Source: a virus (taxonomy: Duplodnaviria > Caudoviricetes). Taken from it: a stretch of DNA of 64,000 nucleotides. The position numbers and the translations under genes are program-made. Below are positions 33,799 to 43,985 of the stretch, piece by piece. The stretch covers positions 1-64,000 of the IMG/VR virus record IMGVR_UViG_3300048502_000089. One strand, given 5' to 3'. The notes beneath the pieces are model-generated. The model had not been told where the DNA came from. It saw only the letters and a list, made by a program, of their open reading frames with translations, and made no database searches. The stretch's first letter is position 1. Each line of letters opens with the position of its first letter.

Positions 33799-36700
33799 AC
33801 GGCCTCCTGCAGTTGGTTCGAGCGTTGCTGCTCTATGAATTCATCCATTGCCATCGCGTTGGTCGCTATGACACCACCTCGATCATCTTTGCGCCCACGC
33901 AGCAGGATCATCTTTTCGTCTATGTGTGACGATGTAATAAGTCCCTGCATCGAAGACCACGCATCTGGAAAGAGAGTGATACGCCACGAATCAAGTTCGA
34001 GCGAGACAGTAAGGAAAGCCATCTCTTGCCCAGACTGTCGACCACGCTTCACTGTCGTCTTCTTGATCTCGGTGATGCTTCCTCCAATGATCACATCTGC
34101 GCCATCCTCGAGTTCTTCCACTTCCTGCTCGGTGTAGACGTTCTCCCAGATCAACGGTGCGTCAGCACCTAGCAATCCTCCCGGCTCGAGTGCCACACCT
34201 AGCAGCTCGAGCTCAGCCTTCGCACGCTCAATCGGCTCCCACATACCGCGCATCCCAAAGCAGTCTAGGACGCCGGCATTGACTAGCTTCTCTCGAGCAC
34301 CCTTGTTGACCTTGCTGTACTTGCGGGATGACCTAGTCTCGAAGTCCTCGTAAGAGAGGAATGGTCGGTCAGCGATGATCTGCGCTCCTGCGGCTGGACC
34401 AACTCCCTTGACACTGGCAAGACCATATCGCAGAGCATTGATCTCATGTTCAACTGTGAACCCTGTCTTCGAGATATTGATGTCGGGCGGCAGCACTTTT
34501 ACATCGAAGTGTCGTGACTCGCGCGTGGCTGCCAAAGCCAATTCGCTATCAGTCGTCAAGAGAGCTGAATAGAAATGTGTCGCGTAGTAGCACTTGAGCC
34601 ACGCATCTTGGTACGCCTGAATAGCATACCCAGTCGCGTGCGCCCTATTGAAAGAATTATGTGACACGATGCCGTTCGCAATGAAGTTATGTTCATCACT
34701 GGCCATCGACACGTCGAATACCTCTTCTTCACCAACATACTCGATACTAACAATCGCATCAAGATCCGTTGGCAATCCGCGCGACCAACGGACATGCCTC
34801 TCACCCTTTGCGTAATCAAACGCCTTGTGGTGAGAGTTACAAAGGTGCAACAAATTGCTAGCCGTGTGATATCGAGCATATTCACCACCCATCTGCTCAA
34901 GTGAAGCTACGTGTGCGAACTCAAGTGAATGCTTGCTCCCATCACTACATTGGCCACAATATTCACAGTAGCCACCCGATCGTTCTGCAACCTCTTCCTT
35001 GGCCACACGCAGCAGTTCAGTACGCCCATCGAGCCATGCTGGATTCTCCCATCCACTTGGCACACCTAAACCGCCGTCTTGACCTGTATACCTTTTCCCG
35101 ATCGCGCGCTCCGTAGTGACTCCAACCATCTCCTTGGGCGCCTCTTGACCAACCACAACAAGGCAATCCCCTACTCGGAGATCGCAAACAGTGTGGTATC
35201 CATCGTCAGTAAGGAGACGATGATTAGATGTAGCTCGGAGCAAACGGCCAGCAGTAGTCTTGATCTCATAAACAGCGCGTACCCCATTGCTCCATACACG
35301 AATAGCACGAGATGGACGGACGCGGCCATCAGCATCCATCGCAAGCAATGTGACCCCGCGCGAGCGCAGCTTCTTGCCGACCGAAGTCTTCGAGACCCAC
35401 GCCGCTGCCAAATCACGCAAAGTAGTCTCTTGTTCGCAGTGTGGGCCGGATGCACCACGAATAACCACCGTATCCCCTGACAAACAGTACCCAGTAAATG
35501 GGACGATGTCTGCCCATAGACGCTCAGCTACTTCCGCACCAAACTTCTCCGTGGCCGCTGCAACGAATTCACCCTCACGTAGAGCAAGCCGGCGTCGGCC
35601 TTCCTGACTATGCGCACGATTGAGTTTGTCGATCTCTTTGCGCACATCGTCTGCTTGCCCTGCGCTGTATCCCAAAATGACTTGGAAAATCCCCATCACA
35701 CTCTCTTGAAACGGCATCACTCCATAGGTTTCGCCAAGAAGATCCTCAAGTTCCTTTGGCACAGACCATTCCTCTTCCCCATTCTTACGCTTGGCGTATG
35801 ACCACGGAGCGCCACCACCGATCGGTCCTGGGCGGTAGAGAGCATTAGCTGCAGCGAGGTCGATGAGATTCTCAGGGCGAAGCTGGCGCAGGAATGAAGT
35901 GATGTTCGAGCTGCCGAACTGATTGACTCCAAGAGTGTGTCCATCTTGGAATACACGCATCACTTTCGGATCCACGTCGTATGGATCGGACAGAGCTGAA
36001 AGTGAATCAAGATCAATCTCTTCTCCAGTAACTTCACGGATAGAGTCAATCGCCATCGCTTGCCGAGCAATCCCTGCCAACCCAAGCACATCGATCTTGA
36101 GGAATCCATAGTCGTCACAGATGGAGATCAATGGAGTCTCTGACCATGCTGTGCGATACCCAGGCTCGTCCTCACTCGGTCGCACCACCGGAAGATAGTC
36201 AGTTAGCTTACCAGGGACAATGACGACACCGCCAGCGTGCTTTGACATCCTCGAAACGAAAGAGTCACCTTTGTTTTCAAGTCGTACTGCGTGCTTCCAT
36301 ACTTCTGGGTAATCATTCGCCCATGCGTCGAGAGTCGGCATCCGCAGACGCATTTCCTCAAGATCACGATCTTGTACGGGATCGATGAGAGCAACCACAT
36401 CCTTGGTCCGCTTATAGTCAACACCACCAATAATTCGAGAGACATCATTGATAGCTGCTCGAGGCTGGTAGGTGGAGTAAGACACCACATCTGTCACTGA
36501 CTCGCGGCCATGCTTACGGACCAGATATTCCTTGCACTCAAGTCGCCGGTTGTAGCCTTCGATCTTCACTGACTCGAAATCGAGATCGATGTCTGGGATA
36601 CCCTTGCGCCCTGGATTCATGAACCGCTCGAACTTGAGCTTGTGCGCGATCGGGTCGACACCTGTAATACCCGAGAGATAACAGACAAGCGATCCTGCTG

Positions 36701-37880
36701 CAGACCCTCGCCCCGCGCCTAGACGGATAGGCTTCTTCCGTGGAAGGTCATGTTCATCTTTAGATGGCGGCAACGGAGCATCTGACTTCGCCCACCGAAC
36801 CAGATCACCTACGATCCACATATAGGAGAAGTTGTTCCGAGAGCGGATGATGGATAGCTCATACTCGAGCTGCTTCTCGTAGCGCTCATCACCTTCCTTG
36901 CCAATCCGCTTCATCCCTTCTCGGCACCAAGCGATCAACTCCTGCTCTGGATCAATGCCGGCTGGGAGTTGAGGCATCTTCAGCGCGCGGTCAGTGATAT
37001 ACGGTTTGACCATCCTTGCCACATCTAGCGTCGTCGCAATCGCTCGATCAACCACTTGCTCGCCAAGGTTCGGGTGATATTGCAGGAAGCGCTCTCGCAC
37101 TTCATCACCGGCCATCAGATGAAGTCCTTCGTGGCCGAGCTCGTAAATCTCTTCACCATTGGCTAGGCGCTCTTTGTTCTTTGCCGCGGCCTCTGCAATC
37201 GTGGTGTTGGTCCCGATCAATGCAACGATCTTTTGCGTACTCGCCCAATCGGGAAGAACGTAATGCGAGTCGACTGTCGCGTAGTAACCAAATCCTCTGC
37301 GATTAGCCAACGAGACGAGCTCGAGATTTAGATCACGCTGACGATCCCAATCATGCGGCATGATCTCTACGAAGAATCGCTCACCGAATATCTTCAGTGC
37401 TTGATCAATGAAATCGTCCACGGCTGCATCTGTACCGTTCTCGAGCAAGAAGGCCACCGGCCCGAGCGCACAGGAGGCTGTACAGATCAAACCCTCATGG
37501 TTTTGCTCGAGCAGTTCCCAGTCCACACATGGAGATTGGTACATACCGGAATGGAACGCCTCACTGGTGATCTTGATGAGGTTGTGCCATCCCTTGAGGT
37601 TGATCGCCAAGAGAATCAGATGCCAGCGCCGGAAGCGCCAGTCTGCTTCACGCACCAATCGATTAGGGCGCCAGTATGACTCAACTCCTTGGATCGGAAT
37701 GATGCCATATTGTTCACACGCCTTCAGATGCTTCAGGGCTCCATTGATATTACCGTGATCAGTTTGAGCTAAATAGGGTTGACCTAAATCTGCTGCCCTT
37801 GCAGCAAACTGAAATGCTGTTCCAGCCCCATCCAAAGCACTGTGGTCAGAATGGCGATGTAGGTGAACGAAATCAATCAT
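33795..37880 (-). CDS. dnaE: DNA polymerase III alpha subunit, intein-containing
   Basis: PHP HLHRHSDHSALDG, GRGSAAGSLV, PDIDLDF, LKIDVLGL, FNRAHATGY, OB fold. Confidence 0.96.
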   Translation of the reverse strand: MIDFVHLHRHSDHSALDGAGTAFQFAARAADLGQPYLAQTDHGNINGALKHLKACEQYGIIPIQGVESYWRPNRLVREADWRFRRWHLILLAINLKGWHNLIKITSEAFHSGMYQSPCVDWELLEQNHEGLICTASCALGPVAFLLENGTDAAVDDFIDQALKIFGERFFVEIMPHDWDRQRDLNLELVSLANRRGFGYYATVDSHYVLPDWASTQKIVALIGTNTTIAEAAAKNKERLANGEEIYELGHEGLHLMAGDEVRERFLQYHPNLGEQVVDRAIATTLDVARMVKPYITDRALKMPQLPAGIDPEQELIAWCREGMKRIGKEGDERYEKQLEYELSIIRSRNNFSYMWIVGDLVRWAKSDAPLPPSKDEHDLPRKKPIRLGAGRGSAAGSLVCYLSGITGVDPIAHKLKFERFMNPGRKGIPDIDLDFESVKIEGYNRRLECKEYLVRKHGRESVTDVVSYSTYQPRAAINDVSRIIGGVDYKRTKDVVALIDPVQDRDLEEMRLRMPTLDAWANDYPEVWKHAVRLENKGDSFVSRMSKHAGGVVIVPGKLTDYLPVVRPSEDEPGYRTAWSETPLISICDDYGFLKIDVLGLAGIARQAMAIDSIREVTGEEIDLDSLSALSDPYDVDPKVMRVFQDGHTLGVNQFGSSNITSFLRQLRPENLIDLAAANALYRPGPIGGGAPWSYAKRKNGEEEWSVPKELEDLLGETYGVMPFQESVMGIFQVILGYSAGQADDVRKEIDKLNRAHSQEGRRRLALREGEFVAAATEKFGAEVAERLWADIVPFTGYCLSGDTVVIRGASGPHCEQETTLRDLAAAWVSKTSVGKKLRSRGVTLLAMDADGRVRPSRAIRVWSNGVRAVYEIKTTAGRLLRATSNHRLLTDDGYHTVCDLRVGDCLVVVGQEAPKEMVGVTTERAIGKRYTGQDGGLGVPSGWENPAWLDGRTELLRVAKEEVAERSGGYCEYCGQCSDGSKHSLEFAHVASLEQMGGEYARYHTASNLLHLCNSHHKAFDYAKGERHVRWSRGLPTDLDAIVSIEYVGEEEVFDVSMASDEHNFIANGIVSHNSFNRAHATGYAIQAYQDAWLKCYYATHFYSALLTTDSELALAATRESRHFDVKVLPPDINISKTGFTVEHEINALRYGLASVKGVGPAAGAQIIADRPFLSYEDFETRSSRKYSKVNKGAREKLVNAGVLDCFGMRGMWEPIERAKAELELLGVALEPGGLLGADAPLIWENVYTEQEVEELEDGADVIIGGSITEIKKTTVKRGRQSGQEMAFLTVSLELDSWRITLFPDAWSSMQGLITSSHIDEKMILLRGRKDDRGGVIATNAMAMDEFIEQQRSNQLQEAV
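34656..35486 (-). mobile_element. Intein (277 aa) in DnaE with HNH endonuclease
   Basis: CLSGDT start, RATSNH block B, VFDV...IVSHN followed by Ser+1; internal CEYCG...AH...SNLLHLCNSHH. Confidence 0.93.
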
Positions 37881-37896
37881 GTGACACGTTCACCCA

Positions 37897-38730
37897 TCAG
37901 CGGTGATCCTCGAGCATCTTGCCGTAATCCTCTTGGTGAGGGATCTCATATCGATGTTGGAACCACCCGCGGAAATTCCCTATCATCATCATAAACCCCT
38001 CATTACCAAATACCGGCCGGGCAGCATGTTCAAATGGACTGAAATGCCCGCTCTCGAGCAATCTGTCATAACGCTCAAGTGACTTCTCAAGCGGCTCCTC
38101 GTCATGTTGCTTGTCATATGAAACACGAGCGCACCTCGAGACACAAAGTTTCTTAGCTACCTCCCAATCTGTCGTACGGCCACCAATCTTTACCAACGGC
38201 AAATGCCATTGACCATGCCGGAGTTCCCGCGGAGTGTGAACATCCATTGCCTCACGCATCGCTCGAGCGAGCTGCTGGAACTCTCCCTGTGCGGCTGGGT
38301 GATCACGCAGCGCAAAGAAGTTACTCCACTCCGTTGCTGTAATGATCACAGTGATCCAACTGAACGGCTCGAGCAATCGGTTGATCCGTGACTTATCTGT
38401 GCCAAGTTTGTTCAACACCTTCGCATAATCCACAGCACTGTCTCGAGCTAACAACCATGTTCTCCGTGCAGCATCTTGACTCAAATCATCAAGTTCACCT
38501 TCACCCATCCCTGCCACTCGAGACCCAAAAACAGGAACAAAAGGATCATCGATTATTCGCTGTATCTGTTTCTCTGGTGGAATAGCTCGACTCGATGCTG
38601 CGTTCCTGCTGAATACCCGATGAGTCATCAGCTCTGAGTGAATAAAACGAGGATACTCACAAAGCAACGTCGTCAGCCGAACTCCAGCCGGCGAGATCGA
38701 GTCTGCAAGTATCTCTGCCTTGATCGCCAT
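37897..38730 (-). CDS. thyX: FAD-dependent thymidylate synthase
   Basis: HSELMTHRVFSRNAASSRAIP signature; HFSPFEH. Confidence 0.92.
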   Translation of the reverse strand: MAIKAEILADSISPAGVRLTTLLCEYPRFIHSELMTHRVFSRNAASSRAIPPEKQIQRIIDDPFVPVFGSRVAGMGEGELDDLSQDAARRTWLLARDSAVDYAKVLNKLGTDKSRINRLLEPFSWITVIITATEWSNFFALRDHPAAQGEFQQLARAMREAMDVHTPRELRHGQWHLPLVKIGGRTTDWEVAKKLCVSRCARVSYDKQHDEEPLEKSLERYDRLLESGHFSPFEHAARPVFGNEGFMMMIGNFRGWFQHRYEIPHQEDYGKMLEDHR

Positions 38731-39104
38731 TAGAGGCCGCGCCTTTTGAATTCAGCTTCATCCATTGACAATGAGTTAGGCCCCAACGTAGGAACTTCAC
38801 ATTCCTGCTTCTCACGGATCAATCCAAGCAGAAGGAAGCAGTAGAGGATCACATCATGGATGCGGCCCTCAATCGGTTCTGACTTGACATCACCCTCCTT
38901 GATGAATGTCATCACGGCTGCCCAGTGCTTCCCTGCGAAGACGCCCCAAACTTGCTCGGGCGTCAGACCAAGCGCTGCTGCCTGCACCTTGAAGTTCGCT
39001 AGCGCATCGTCATCGCCGGCATAGTCTCTCCCCTTGGTCCGATTGATTTCAGTAATGACAGCATATTCCCGATCCATCATTTCTACATAATCGGATCTCT
39101 TCAT
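38730..39104 (-). CDS. All-alpha NTP pyrophosphatase-like protein (DUF1599/Nmad1-like)
   Basis: KGRDYA...LANFK...EGRIHDVILY. Confidence 0.6.
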   Translation of the reverse strand: MKRSDYVEMMDREYAVITEINRTKGRDYAGDDDALANFKVQAAALGLTPEQVWGVFAGKHWAAVMTFIKEGDVKSEPIEGRIHDVILYCFLLLGLIREKQECEVPTLGPNSLSMDEAEFKRRGL

Positions 39105-39544
39105 CGCAATGCTCGCTCCTCGTTAGTGTGAGTCATCATTCTCAAGCGAAACTTGCTCGCCACCCGAGCAGCTTCCTCCTCGTCGATAAACCTACCTAGA
39201 TGATGCTGTTTCTTGTTCACCATCACTTGGGCGACCCATCTTTGTGCTCGCTTATCCCATGTCACTCCACGATGGCAAGAAAGTGAACCCTTATAGCTAG
39301 ATACGTTTTGAACATTCTGTGCGTGCGTAACTATTCTCAAATTGGATCGACGACAATCTAGCTTATTACCGTCAATATGATCACCCTCTCGAGGATCTCC
39401 GTGTTCTAAACCTAACACAGCACGGTGTAGCCTCTGTTCGCGTTGAGACCTTTCCCCCGACAATCGTGGCAAGCTACGCTTGACATATCCTCTCCGTAAA
39501 TACCACAGAAACTCCGCCAAATAAGCATCCATATCATCAATCAA
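39101..39544 (-). CDS. Free-standing HNH homing endonuclease with AP2 domain
   Basis: LHRAV...DHIDGNKLDCRRSNLR...N; RGVTWDK...WVAQ...LGRF..EEEAA; lower GC. Confidence 0.9.
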   Translation of the reverse strand: MIDDMDAYLAEFLWYLRRGYVKRSLPRLSGERSQREQRLHRAVLGLEHGDPREGDHIDGNKLDCRRSNLRIVTHAQNVQNVSSYKGSLSCHRGVTWDKRAQRWVAQVMVNKKQHHLGRFIDEEEAARVASKFRLRMMTHTNEERALR

Positions 39545-39601
39545 TGCTTTGCGACTATCAATCCATCGCGTCTACGGAGAGGAATCTCGACCACCATTGA
39601 T

Positions 39602-40393
39602 CTATGCGCGAGTGAATGCAGATGAGCGCAGCGGCTCGCCGCCCTGGAATACAGTGTCAGCACTCGTCAAAGCACTGCGATCCATCGTCGGCTGTGGACC
39701 TTCATTCGGCTGCTGGCCTTGACCCTGCATAGCCAAAAGGAAATTCTCATAGCTCAATGGAGTAGTGATCTCGACAAGATTCAATTTGCCGGTCTCTGCT
39801 AGTGCCATATCTGCAATCGACATCGGCTGTGGGCCACCATCAACATCTGCAGGATCAATCGCATACTTAGTGTCCTGCATCCCTGACCCTGTGCGCCGGA
39901 TCTCGAAATCACGAGAACTAAGCCCCTTGTACTTGTCGTCCTTCGCTACGAGCTCAGCAAAAACTTCACTCGAACACTTCCAAAGGAATACACCATCAGC
40001 GCGGCCAGTGATAACCACCTTGCCATCCACCTTCTTGGGCGAGCCATACTCGTTACGCTCGTACACTGGTCCGTCGCGCCAAATCAGATTGACAAAACCC
40101 TTTGTCACACGCCTGCGAACCTTATCGTTTGCGCTCTGGCAACCAGGACAATGCGTGCCATCATCGCTGTTGTCGAGACAAATGAAATCTGATGGATACT
40201 GGCGTCCCTCTATTGGGATGCGATGGACATCAGCAAAGGTGAGTTGTGGCCCTTGCTCGAGGAATCGCACCACAGCGAATGTCCCACCAGCAATTGCGAA
40301 ATAATCCGCTTTGATCGATGCTGCGCCCTGTGCTACACGCTGCTGTTCTTTCGTCTCCTGCCTACGCTTGAACTGATCTGCACCTGAAGGCAC
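39602..40393 (-). CDS. ssDNA-binding protein (gp32-like, Zn-binding)
   Basis: VRFL...H...C...CPGC...DFEIRRTGSG..TKY. Confidence 0.7.
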   Translation of the reverse strand: MPSGADQFKRRQETKEQQRVAQGAASIKADYFAIAGGTFAVVRFLEQGPQLTFADVHRIPIEGRQYPSDFICLDNSDDGTHCPGCQSANDKVRRRVTKGFVNLIWRDGPVYERNEYGSPKKVDGKVVITGRADGVFLWKCSSEVFAELVAKDDKYKGLSSRDFEIRRTGSGMQDTKYAIDPADVDGGPQPMSIADMALAETGKLNLVEITTPLSYENFLLAMQGQGQQPNEGPQPTMDRSALTSADTVFQGGEPLRSSAFTRA

Positions 40394-40454
40394 TTGTCTA
40401 TCTCCTTATTTAGCGTCGCCCTCCACGGGCATCAATTGAACTTGGGATCATACA

Positions 40455-41489
40455 TTACTGCCGCAGCATCTTCAAGGTCGAAACAGCTCCAGCAATCACA
40501 TCAAGAGCTGCCGCGCCAAGAGCTGCCGCGTCGTCTGGTGGATCGAGAACCACTGAGACCGGCATATACGAGGCTAGAGCTTCAACTACTTTCTTCGTCC
40601 CGGCACGCCCTGCATCACCTTCGTCAAAGTAGACGACAGCGGAAGAGAAGCTGCCAATAATCTGTGCAGCCTGAATCCCTGAAAACTCTGCGCCGGCTAC
40701 AGCGACAGCCCCATACTCACAATTCTCATGCAGAGCTATCGCGTTTAGTTCACCTTCACAGATAACTGCCCGTGAACTCTGCACTCGATCAAGGGCAAAG
40801 ACGATCTCTGACTTGGCATAGGTACTAAACCCATACCGAGTCTGGCGTCCTGGCGCATCACCGATGATCAAGTATTTCGGGTGGTGATCTGGTTTCCATG
40901 CGCGACCTTTGAACCCAACCAATTGCCCAAATTTATTACGCACAGGGATTGTGATGCGATCAGAGATTTCATCCCATCCAATATCCCAATCACTCAAAGT
41001 CGACCGTTCAAATCCTCGATTGAGCATATATGCGAATGGAGAATCGTCCCATGCCTGCGCCAGATGAGGGTCTAGCCATTCAATTCGGAAACGATCAAGC
41101 CATTCTTCTGCTGGTGGGATACGCTCAACTTCGTCAACCATCATGCCAGCTTGCCGGCGTTCAATCTCTCTGCGCAGACCACCAGCTTCGACAGACAGCT
41201 CAGGGCCACCATAGCGTTCATCAATCACTCGCTGCGCTTCAATCTCAGAGAGGTCTCGGAGCCGCATGAGGAAATCAACCGCATCTCCACGAAGGCCGCA
41301 CGAACCACCATGACATATCCAGAGAGTCGTCTTAGTATTCATACGAGCACTCGGACTCTGATCACCATTCAGATGATTCGGGAATGGGCAACTAAAATCA
41401 ACCTCTTGCCCGGACTTACTGACGTTCTTTACCTCAAGCGCTCGGAGAAAATCCTCCACATCCACATACGAGAGATCACGCTTGCGCAT
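40455..41489 (-). CDS. dnaG: DNA primase (Zn finger plus TOPRIM)
   Basis: CPFPNH..D.SPS..C.G..CG; ICEGELNA; YFDEGDAG. Confidence 0.88.
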   Translation of the reverse strand: MRKRDLSYVDVEDFLRALEVKNVSKSGQEVDFSCPFPNHLNGDQSPSARMNTKTTLWICHGGSCGLRGDAVDFLMRLRDLSEIEAQRVIDERYGGPELSVEAGGLRREIERRQAGMMVDEVERIPPAEEWLDRFRIEWLDPHLAQAWDDSPFAYMLNRGFERSTLSDWDIGWDEISDRITIPVRNKFGQLVGFKGRAWKPDHHPKYLIIGDAPGRQTRYGFSTYAKSEIVFALDRVQSSRAVICEGELNAIALHENCEYGAVAVAGAEFSGIQAAQIIGSFSSAVVYFDEGDAGRAGTKKVVEALASYMPVSVVLDPPDDAAALGAAALDVIAGAVSTLKMLRQ

Positions 41490-42762
41490 GATTCTCCACT
41501 GGATCAGTCCGAGGTGTCTCACGCACGAATGTCTCCGCTGTAGCTGGAGCGGCACCAAAGCGCATATGAGATGGATCCCACAAGAGATCAACCGTCTTGT
41601 CTCGAGGCCCATTGCGCACTTTCAAAAGCTTTACCGACATCCGATTCTGCGCACGCATATCCTCAGTCTGGTGCATCCCTAGATAGATGTCAGCAACTTG
41701 TCCCACAGAAATTGAACCGCCCATTGTATCAAGTGTCGAACCACCCTTCGCAGCTTCACGGTTGTCTTGGCTGACAAGCATGATGACACTCTCAGTGGCC
41801 AAAGCAATCGCCTTACATTCATTGGTGATCTCGACGAGCCCTTCCCAAGATTGCATTGAGGCTCGAGACCGGCGCATGAGCTGAACATAATCAACGACTG
41901 TGAAATGGGGCTTGTGACGGCTGATCTCTGCATACAGCCGATCAACAGTAAAATTGCCCAACCCATCAAGGACTACAAGGTCGTGCTCGAGCGCACTGAA
42001 TTGCTTAGCCAACCTTTGCCATAGCTGCTCATCCTCGTCCGAAAGTTCACGAAGACGCAAGAGTTTATGTGAGAAATGCACCACCATCGTATCAATACGT
42101 TCGAGAACCTCTCGCCGGCTCATCTCAAGTGGGATGAAAAGGGCTGAATGATCTTGCTCCACCACATTCATCGTTACCCAAGATGCGAGGGTACTTTTCC
42201 CCAACCCCATATACCCGGAAAGGACAATCACATTCCCTGGGCGCACACCGCCAATCATGTCATCGAACTCAGGGATACCGATCTGGAACCCTGGCGGCGT
42301 CCCCTTAGCCTTCTCGATCTGATATTCCGTGACGCGATGCTCCATCTCTGAAAGCCTCGAAACACGAGAGGAAGAGATCAGAGCAGCGAAGTCACGGCTC
42401 GCGTCGATCAGGATCTCATCTAGCCGACCCCATTGTGAAGGATCATCACCAGCGTCAGCAAGCACGAGTAGCTTCGATGCGAAATACCGACGCTTGACAT
42501 TGTTGACAAAAGCATCTATGAGCGCCTCAAGCGCATCAGAGGATGGCTCTCCATGCCAGCTCGGCCACCGCTCTTTGACAAGCGCAGGCGACGGCGACAT
42601 ATTGTGCCGGCGCGTGTGGAGAACAGCCCATTCAAAAACCTCCGCACACTCCTGACCATCCGCAGTCTGCGCAAAGTGATGGCTCTCTACACCTCGAGCG
42701 AGCAGAGTGGAGACTCCTCCGGTCTGCAACGCACGGGCCAACATCGCCCTTTCGATATTCAC
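41476..42762 (-). CDS. dnaB: DnaB-like replicative helicase
   Basis: GYMGLGKST, LEMS, VVDYVQLM, LSQ-like VSQ, KVRNG. Confidence 0.9.
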   Translation of the reverse strand: MNIERAMLARALQTGGVSTLLARGVESHHFAQTADGQECAEVFEWAVLHTRRHNMSPSPALVKERWPSWHGEPSSDALEALIDAFVNNVKRRYFASKLLVLADAGDDPSQWGRLDEILIDASRDFAALISSSRVSRLSEMEHRVTEYQIEKAKGTPPGFQIGIPEFDDMIGGVRPGNVIVLSGYMGLGKSTLASWVTMNVVEQDHSALFIPLEMSRREVLERIDTMVVHFSHKLLRLRELSDEDEQLWQRLAKQFSALEHDLVVLDGLGNFTVDRLYAEISRHKPHFTVVDYVQLMRRSRASMQSWEGLVEITNECKAIALATESVIMLVSQDNREAAKGGSTLDTMGGSISVGQVADIYLGMHQTEDMRAQNRMSVKLLKVRNGPRDKTVDLLWDPSHMRFGAAPATAETFVRETPRTDPVENHAQA

Positions 42763-42765
42763 AGG

Positions 42766-43107
42766 CTATGCTGAAGCGCGGCCAGCGAGAGATGCGCGCA
42801 TGAGAGCTTGAACACTCTGGCGCTCACCAGCAACCGCCTGTTCACAAACAGACTGGACTCGGTTGATCTTCTCAAGCAGATCAGCATCATCATCAAGGTC
42901 AACGACAAATCGAGTCACATTTACTGGCCCGACTGTGACATTCCCATATTGGACAGTCGGAATAAGTTCAGATGCAGCGCATGTGATCTTGATGCAAGGG
43001 ACGCCGCGGATGTCCCGCGGCCAATCGAAGTCGTCACCCTTCATAGAAACGCCACCACGTTCCCCGTCCTTCAAAGCTGCTCGTTGCTGTGGGCCTTCTT
43101 CCGCCAT
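42766..43107 (-). CDS. Hypothetical protein (113 aa)
   Basis: ORF in operon. Confidence 0.7.
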   Translation of the reverse strand: MAEEGPQQRAALKDGERGGVSMKGDDFDWPRDIRGVPCIKITCAASELIPTVQYGNVTVGPVNVTRFVVDLDDDADLLEKINRVQSVCEQAVAGERQSVQALMRASLAGRASA

Positions 43108-43109
43108 TT

Positions 43110-43415
43110 CTATCTCTCTCTCGGTAGATCATCAAGTGTAGCCAAAGGCTTGCCCGTGCAAGTATCGTATCTCACACAAGCCTCATCTTCATAAAGATCA
43201 AGTGCGCGTTCAGCTAAAGCCAGCAACGCAAACCCGATGTCGAGGTCTTCAGCCGTATCAAAGAGTTCAACTTCAGCTTCCTCGCCGGCCGAAACAATCT
43301 CTCCATTCATGCGATGAAGATGGGCTTTGATGCGGCGCTCAATTCCGATTGGCAGCTCGAGCGTGATAGGCCGCGCTGTGAAAAGAGCTTCCAAGCGCTC
43401 GTGAGGAGTGGGCAT
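43110..43415 (-). CDS. Hypothetical protein (101 aa)
   Basis: ORF in operon. Confidence 0.7.
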   Translation of the reverse strand: MPTPHERLEALFTARPITLELPIGIERRIKAHLHRMNGEIVSAGEEAEVELFDTAEDLDIGFALLALAERALDLYEDEACVRYDTCTGKPLATLDDLPRER

Positions 43416-43555
43416 TACAGATTCCCTCGTCGACGCTTCACCAGATCATCAACCATCCGCGATGCGTCTCGATTGATCTTGTAACCTCGGTGCAGATCCC
43501 ATACAGTCGCCCCAAGTAGAAATACCCCAACCACTATGCCCAATGCGAGGATCAT
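43415..43555 (-). CDS. Small single-TM protein (46 aa)
   Basis: TGATG overlap; hydrophobic N-terminus. Confidence 0.6.
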   Translation of the reverse strand: MILALGIVVGVFLLGATVWDLHRGYKINRDASRMVDDLVKRRRGNL

Positions 43556-43806
43556 CAAACGCCTGCTGTGAATCGCTGAAGACCAGACGGCGGGATCTGA
43601 GCTACCCACTCCTTGATCTCTTCGACCTGCTCAGGAGTCCAGTAGCGCCATGCAGCACCTTCGTCGCTGCGATGCGAACACAGCTTCTTAGGAAGCCGGC
43701 GAGTTCTCTCCCAGCCCCGGATGGTGTTCGGCTTGCGGTTGATGATCTCCGCGAGCTCACCGATGTAGATGCGTCCTTCGTCTCTCTCTGGCATAGCTGG
43801 GATCAT
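43555..43806 (-). CDS. MerR-like HTH DNA-binding protein
   Basis: YIGELAEIINRKPNTIRGWER...RYWT. Confidence 0.8.
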   Translation of the reverse strand: MIPAMPERDEGRIYIGELAEIINRKPNTIRGWERTRRLPKKLCSHRSDEGAAWRYWTPEQVEEIKEWVAQIPPSGLQRFTAGV

Positions 43807-43985
43807 AGCTTCTCATCGGTGCCCACGTCAAGAGCCTTGATCTGCTGGCGCCGGAAACACAGAGACCCCGGAAGCTGGGCAAAACCTCCGAGGTCTCGTG
43901 GAGCCCAATGTGGTAGGCTCTCGCGTTATGGAGACGCTACGGGCAGTATACACATGAGCCAGCGCGTGTGGGGCGAGACCACCAC

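Noticed and set aside
37897-39544. Group I intron associated with the HNH gene
   Set aside because: thyX and its neighbours are uninterrupted; the HNH is free-standing and no P-element core was seen
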